29,950 bases of DNA from a virus (lineage: Duplodnaviria; Caudoviricetes). The position numbers and the translations under genes were made by a program. This document shows positions 26,790-29,950 of this stretch, one piece after another. The stretch lies in the IMG/VR virus record IMGVR_UViG_3300037506_000022, positions 1 to 29,950 of that record, one strand, 5' to 3'. Within the stretch, counting starts at the first letter, position 1, and every line of letters starts with the position of its first letter. The notes under the pieces are model-generated. The model was given only the letters and a program-made list of their open reading frames with translations, was not told the DNA's origin and did not search any database.

Positions 26790-27452
26790 ATGGAGCATAC
26801 ACTAACAGTCAACAATTCCCAACAGGAAGTGTCTGATTTTATTTCACTAGAGGAAGCCAGTCAACAATTAAATATGAGCTACGACGCTTTAATTAAATGG
26901 CTCAACAATCATAAAGAAATCAAAACTAAATATTGTTGTAAAACAAAATATAACGGTAGACGCAAAACGGTAATGCAGGTTGAGGCTTTACTGGTAATAA
27001 GTAATATGCGTGACGCTTACAGAGGCAATCAAAATGAAAAAAAAGAGGTAAGCTCTATTTTTCATACAGGCAAGAAAAAACTAGCAGAATCAGCTATTCA
27101 GCAAATCAAGACTAGTCAAGACCTTGAAACTATTTACGCACAAGCTCAAATAATGCTCAAAACACTTGAACAATTGATAGGTGTTTCTACGGCAATCAAT
27201 GATCACGAAACAAGACTGTTACATTTAGAAGGTGACATTGAGTCAACACCAATGACGCAAGGGCAAAGAACAAGGTTGAATGAGCGGTTACGATATTTTT
27301 GTAGCCAAACAAATAAACCACACTCCTTGGCATGGAAAGACTTACATGATATTACAGGGAAGCAATCAATAAACGATTACAGTTTTCAAGATTACAAGAT
27401 AGCCCTAAGCCGTATCCGTGAATGGTTTAAAGCCTATAATGTCCAATGGTAG
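26790..27452 (+). CDS. Antirepressor-like DNA-binding protein (N-terminal HTH, coiled coil, ORF6C-like C-terminus), 220 aa
   Basis: ISLEEASQQLNMSYDALIKWL HTH; HETRLLHLE coil; TQGQRTRL...AWKDLHD...SINDY...DYKIAL. Confidence 0.6.
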   Translation: MEHTLTVNNSQQEVSDFISLEEASQQLNMSYDALIKWLNNHKEIKTKYCCKTKYNGRRKTVMQVEALLVISNMRDAYRGNQNEKKEVSSIFHTGKKKLAESAIQQIKTSQDLETIYAQAQIMLKTLEQLIGVSTAINDHETRLLHLEGDIESTPMTQGQRTRLNERLRYFCSQTNKPHSLAWKDLHDITGKQSINDYSFQDYKIALSRIREWFKAYNVQW

Positions 27453-27829
27453 CCAAATCAAAACGAAAAACCTTAATCAAGAAACTCGACACAATAGTAT
27501 CTCAATATGTAAGAATAAGAGATAAGAGATGTGTAATTTGTGGTTCATCTGCTAAACTTACCAGTGGTCATCTATGGTCACGCATAGCGTATTCTACGAG
27601 ATGGGACGCTTCACCGAAAGGTAATTGCTGGTGTAATTGTTGGGGTTGTAATTACAAACATGAGTTTGACCCTTATCCTTTTCAGGAATGGTATCGAAAT
27701 AAATTCGGCGAAAAAGCTTATAACGAACTACACCGTAAGTTCAACACGCCAGTCAAGTACTCTGATTCAGATTTGGTAAGCATGATCGAAAATTTTTCAG
27801 TATTATTTAATAAATTAAACAACCAATAA
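27446..27829 (+). CDS. NinG/Rap-like HNH-type junction endonuclease, 127 aa
   Basis: LDTIVSQYVRIRD.RCVICG...GHLWSR...TRWD...NCWCNCWGCN. Confidence 0.8.
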   Translation: MVAKSKRKTLIKKLDTIVSQYVRIRDKRCVICGSSAKLTSGHLWSRIAYSTRWDASPKGNCWCNCWGCNYKHEFDPYPFQEWYRNKFGEKAYNELHRKFNTPVKYSDSDLVSMIENFSVLFNKLNNQ

Positions 27830-27830
27830 A

Positions 27831-27995
27831 ATGAAAATATCTAAATGTTGCAACTCAATGTACACAACTAAACGCCATAGAGAATGGAAATCCTATCAGC
27901 ACCCAGAAGAAGGACTGATCCATTTTTGCGATTGCTGTAAACAAATATGCACACTCAAGCGACCTTCAACAGTGGTCACAAAAAAGATGGAATAA
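27831..27995 (+). CDS. Small Zn-ribbon protein, 54 aa
   Basis: Hand-translated MKISKCCNS...HFCDCCKQIC; ATG 1 nt after the NinG-like stop. Confidence 0.6.
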   Translation: MKISKCCNSMYTTKRHREWKSYQHPEEGLIHFCDCCKQICTLKRPSTVVTKKME

Positions 27996-28042
27996 AAAAG
28001 ATAGCCTGTCCAGCTAACTTAACAGTTTCACCAGATAGGCTA
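27994..28042 (-). terminator. Candidate terminator between the convergent early arm and lysis genes
   Basis: TAGCCTGTC/GATAGGCTA stem with a 23-nt loop and an adjacent A-run. Confidence 0.35.
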
Positions 28043-28101
28043 CGGGAAAGTAATTGTTGTAGCCCTCTATCAATAATAGTGCAGAACTACCAACACGATA
28101 A

Positions 28102-28299
28102 TTACTTTGTTTTGTTAATATACATAAGCCACATTTGTTTGAGTGCTGCTCGTACCGCCGCAACACCCAATGCCCCCAGTGACGCAAGCGTAAAGGTCTC
28201 AGTACCAAGATTGTCTAACTCTAACACCAACGCCCCAAAAAACACAGACACGAAAGTAAGTACCCATGACACAACTTCTTTCTTTGTTGCTTTAGTCAT
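28102..28299 (-). CDS. Holin, 65 aa
   Basis: Two hydrophobic segments, basic termini; overlaps the endolysin stop. Confidence 0.65.
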   Translation of the reverse strand: MTKATKKEVVSWVLTFVSVFFGALVLELDNLGTETFTLASLGALGVAAVRAALKQMWLMYINKTK

Positions 28300-28945
28300 T
28301 TTGATTAATTAAATGTTTTTCAAATTTACGCAACACCTCAGCAAGCCAAGCCGTTTGCTCTTTGCTGAATGGACTTAGTTCGGGATAAAAAATAATATCG
28401 TTCTGTTCCGCCCACGCTAAAGCCTCGGTTTGCCAATCTGGAACTAGCGGAGTTTTAAAATATTCAGCGTGCGGTAAAATCTGCATACCCTCGGTGTTCT
28501 CAGGATCAATCCTCGATTCGTGCAAATATGTTCTGTAGTAAAAATCAAAATGTAAATGCGGTGCAGTAGTAATCCCACCATCAGGGACATCATCCTTGGG
28601 GTCTCCTCCCATAAATCCAATTACTTCACCAACTTCCACTTGTTGCCCCTTCTTTACTGTAAAAGAAAGCAAATGCCAATAACGACTGAAGTAAGTTACC
28701 CCTCCGAATACATGCTTGATAACCACTCCGTAATTCGCCTTCGTCTCTATCACCTCCCCTTTCGCACAAGCTAAAACTGGCTCACCTTTATTCCGCCCCG
28801 TATAATTAGTAATATCTAAAGCACCATGAATCCCTTTGCTGCCGTCCTTATTCTTATACACCCATTCGCCATTTTTCAATTTAAAATTCCCCTTAAATCG
28901 TTGGCTAATCCTTGGCGTTTTGATGGGGTAGAGGAGGGTAATCAT
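28292..28945 (-). CDS. M23 peptidase endolysin with SLH-like C-terminal wall-binding segment, 217 aa
   Basis: HGALD (HxxxD), YWHL, VKKGQQVEVGEVIG, PHLHF (HxH); C-terminal PDWQTEALAWAEQNDII. Confidence 0.88.
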   Translation of the reverse strand: MITLLYPIKTPRISQRFKGNFKLKNGEWVYKNKDGSKGIHGALDITNYTGRNKGEPVLACAKGEVIETKANYGVVIKHVFGGVTYFSRYWHLLSFTVKKGQQVEVGEVIGFMGGDPKDDVPDGGITTAPHLHFDFYYRTYLHESRIDPENTEGMQILPHAEYFKTPLVPDWQTEALAWAEQNDIIFYPELSPFSKEQTAWLAEVLRKFEKHLINQND

Positions 28946-29007
28946 GATATAAAATTATATTGTGTATATTACCATAACTGATGAATAAAGTAAATACTAT
29001 AAAATAC

Positions 29008-29037
29008 TTGACATTTGATTGTATATATGTATATAGT
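29008..29037 (+). promoter_or_regulatory. Sigma70 promoter for the small antisense membrane gene
   Basis: TTGACA-N18-TATAGT; ATG begins 7 nt after the -10. Confidence 0.6.
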
Positions 29038-29043
29038 TAGATT

Positions 29044-29199
29044 ATGGAAAATAATGAAGTTACAACTTGGTTTATAATCATTTGTTTATTAGTTGGTATA
29101 TATACCATCATAGAGAAAAACAATAATGATTATAGTCATCCTACGGGACACTATGGTATAGAACCTTTAGATGGTATAGAAATGTCATTAGGGTTTTAA
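29044..29199 (+). CDS. Small single-TM membrane protein, 51 aa (moron-like)
   Basis: Hand-translated MENNEVTTWFIIICLLVGIYTIIEKNNNDYSHPTGHYGIEPLDGIEMSLGF; stop overlaps the ejection gene stop. Confidence 0.6.
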   Translation: MENNEVTTWFIIICLLVGIYTIIEKNNNDYSHPTGHYGIEPLDGIEMSLGF

Positions 29200-29950
29200 T
29201 TGATCTCAAATCCTTGCTGTGTTTCTATCATCTGTTGGCGTAGCTTTTCAATCGCATCTATATTACCTTCTTGCTGCGCTTTCTCAATGCCAGATTTGAT
29301 CTTGCCTAATTCTATTGAACGTAAGTAATCATAGAGATTACGTTGTTTAGCTTCATCTAATGTAGCAAATTTTGCACCTGCTAACCCCACCCCTACACGC
29401 TGACCTACTGTTAATTTATCATCCATTAAACGATTCAATTCTGATAACGGTCTAATTTGTCTTGCAACATACTCCCATTTTGCGGGCAAATTTACACCCA
29501 AGAATTCTTTTAATTCACCCTCGTATTCTTCGATGGGCTTATCAAATAAAAATTGTTCATTAGCAACTAATTCAAATGGTGCTTTTATAAATGGACTCAA
29601 CTGATTTTCTACAACAAACTCAACAGGTCGCTCTAAGTTATATAAATCTACTGTTGGGACAAAGCCATTCAACCTAAAATATTTATATAATCCATTATCA
29701 CCTTTCCCAAAAAATATTGGATAGCCTTCCTTAATCCATCCTGGTACAAATCTATCGTCTAATGGTTTATCATCCACTGTAGACTGTATTGCTTGGCGTG
29801 CTTTATCTAAAGCTAAAATTTTACCAGGCTGTTTAATCAACATAGCTATTTGTAGAGGTAAATTATTGCGTGTCCATGTATAAAATGGTATAGTTCTTCG
29901 TAATACATATCTTTCAAAATCAGATAAATCTGCATAATCAAAGAAGTATT
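29196..29950 (-). CDS. 3' part of the junction-spanning ~935-aa ejection protein
   Basis: In frame with ATG 2180 across the circular overlap; the track's 215-aa ORF is only its C-terminus. Confidence 0.8.
   Translation of the reverse strand, partial: YFFDYADLSDFERYVLRRTIPFYTWTRNNLPLQIAMLIKQPGKILALDKARQAIQSTVDDKPLDDRFVPGWIKEGYPIFFGKGDNGLYKYFRLNGFVPTVDLYNLERPVEFVVENQLSPFIKAPFELVANEQFLFDKPIEEYEGELKEFLGVNLPAKWEYVARQIRPLSELNRLMDDKLTVGQRVGVGLAGAKFATLDEAKQRNLYDYLRSIELGKIKSGIEKAQQEGNIDAIEKLRQQMIETQQGFEIN
29824..29950. repeat. Terminal direct repeat copy 2
   Basis: Identical to 1-127. Confidence 0.95.

Noticed and set aside
27947-28312. 121-aa plus-strand ORF
   Set aside because: Overlaps the holin antisense, the Zn-ribbon ORF and the candidate terminator
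1-29950. Alternative genetic code (TGA=Gly or TAG=Gln)
   Set aside because: Core genes are intact under code 11, and TGA and TAG end genes at sensible boundaries

Overview
The window is a complete, circularly closed small dsDNA tailed-phage genome. Positions 1-127 are identical to 29824-29950, giving a 29,823-bp circle. The architecture is podovirus-like, with no tape measure or sheath gene. The minus strand carries the late module: terS, terL, portal, scaffold, capsid, fibres, adaptor, nozzle and two large ejection-type proteins, one of which spans the contig junction (about 935 aa, missed by the ORF track). An M23 endolysin and a holin follow. A divergent promoter pair at about 20.9 kb drives a lambda-O-like initiator with internal 11-bp iterons leftward, and a recombination/accessory arm rightward (annealing protein, YqaJ exonuclease, NinB-like, PcfJ-repeat protein, antirepressor-like, NinG-like). 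I recognise no integrase, repressor, polymerase, helicase or tRNA. Canonical sigma70 promoters, general lack of Shine-Dalgarno sites, TGA used as stop and no spanins suggest a code-11 CPR/Patescibacteria-like host (inference). Best leads: (1) a hidden lysozyme-fold ORF with no canonical start (23464-23961) that appears to need a -1 frameshift from an upstream signal-peptide ORF; (2) a ~25-aa module present twice in a 65-aa protein and once at the N-terminus of the adjacent 917-aa fibre; (3) a GGCGGGGA motif upstream of three head genes; (4) a leaderless, antisense small membrane gene at the position where P22 has sieA. All protein calls come from motif recognition and synteny, not database searches.
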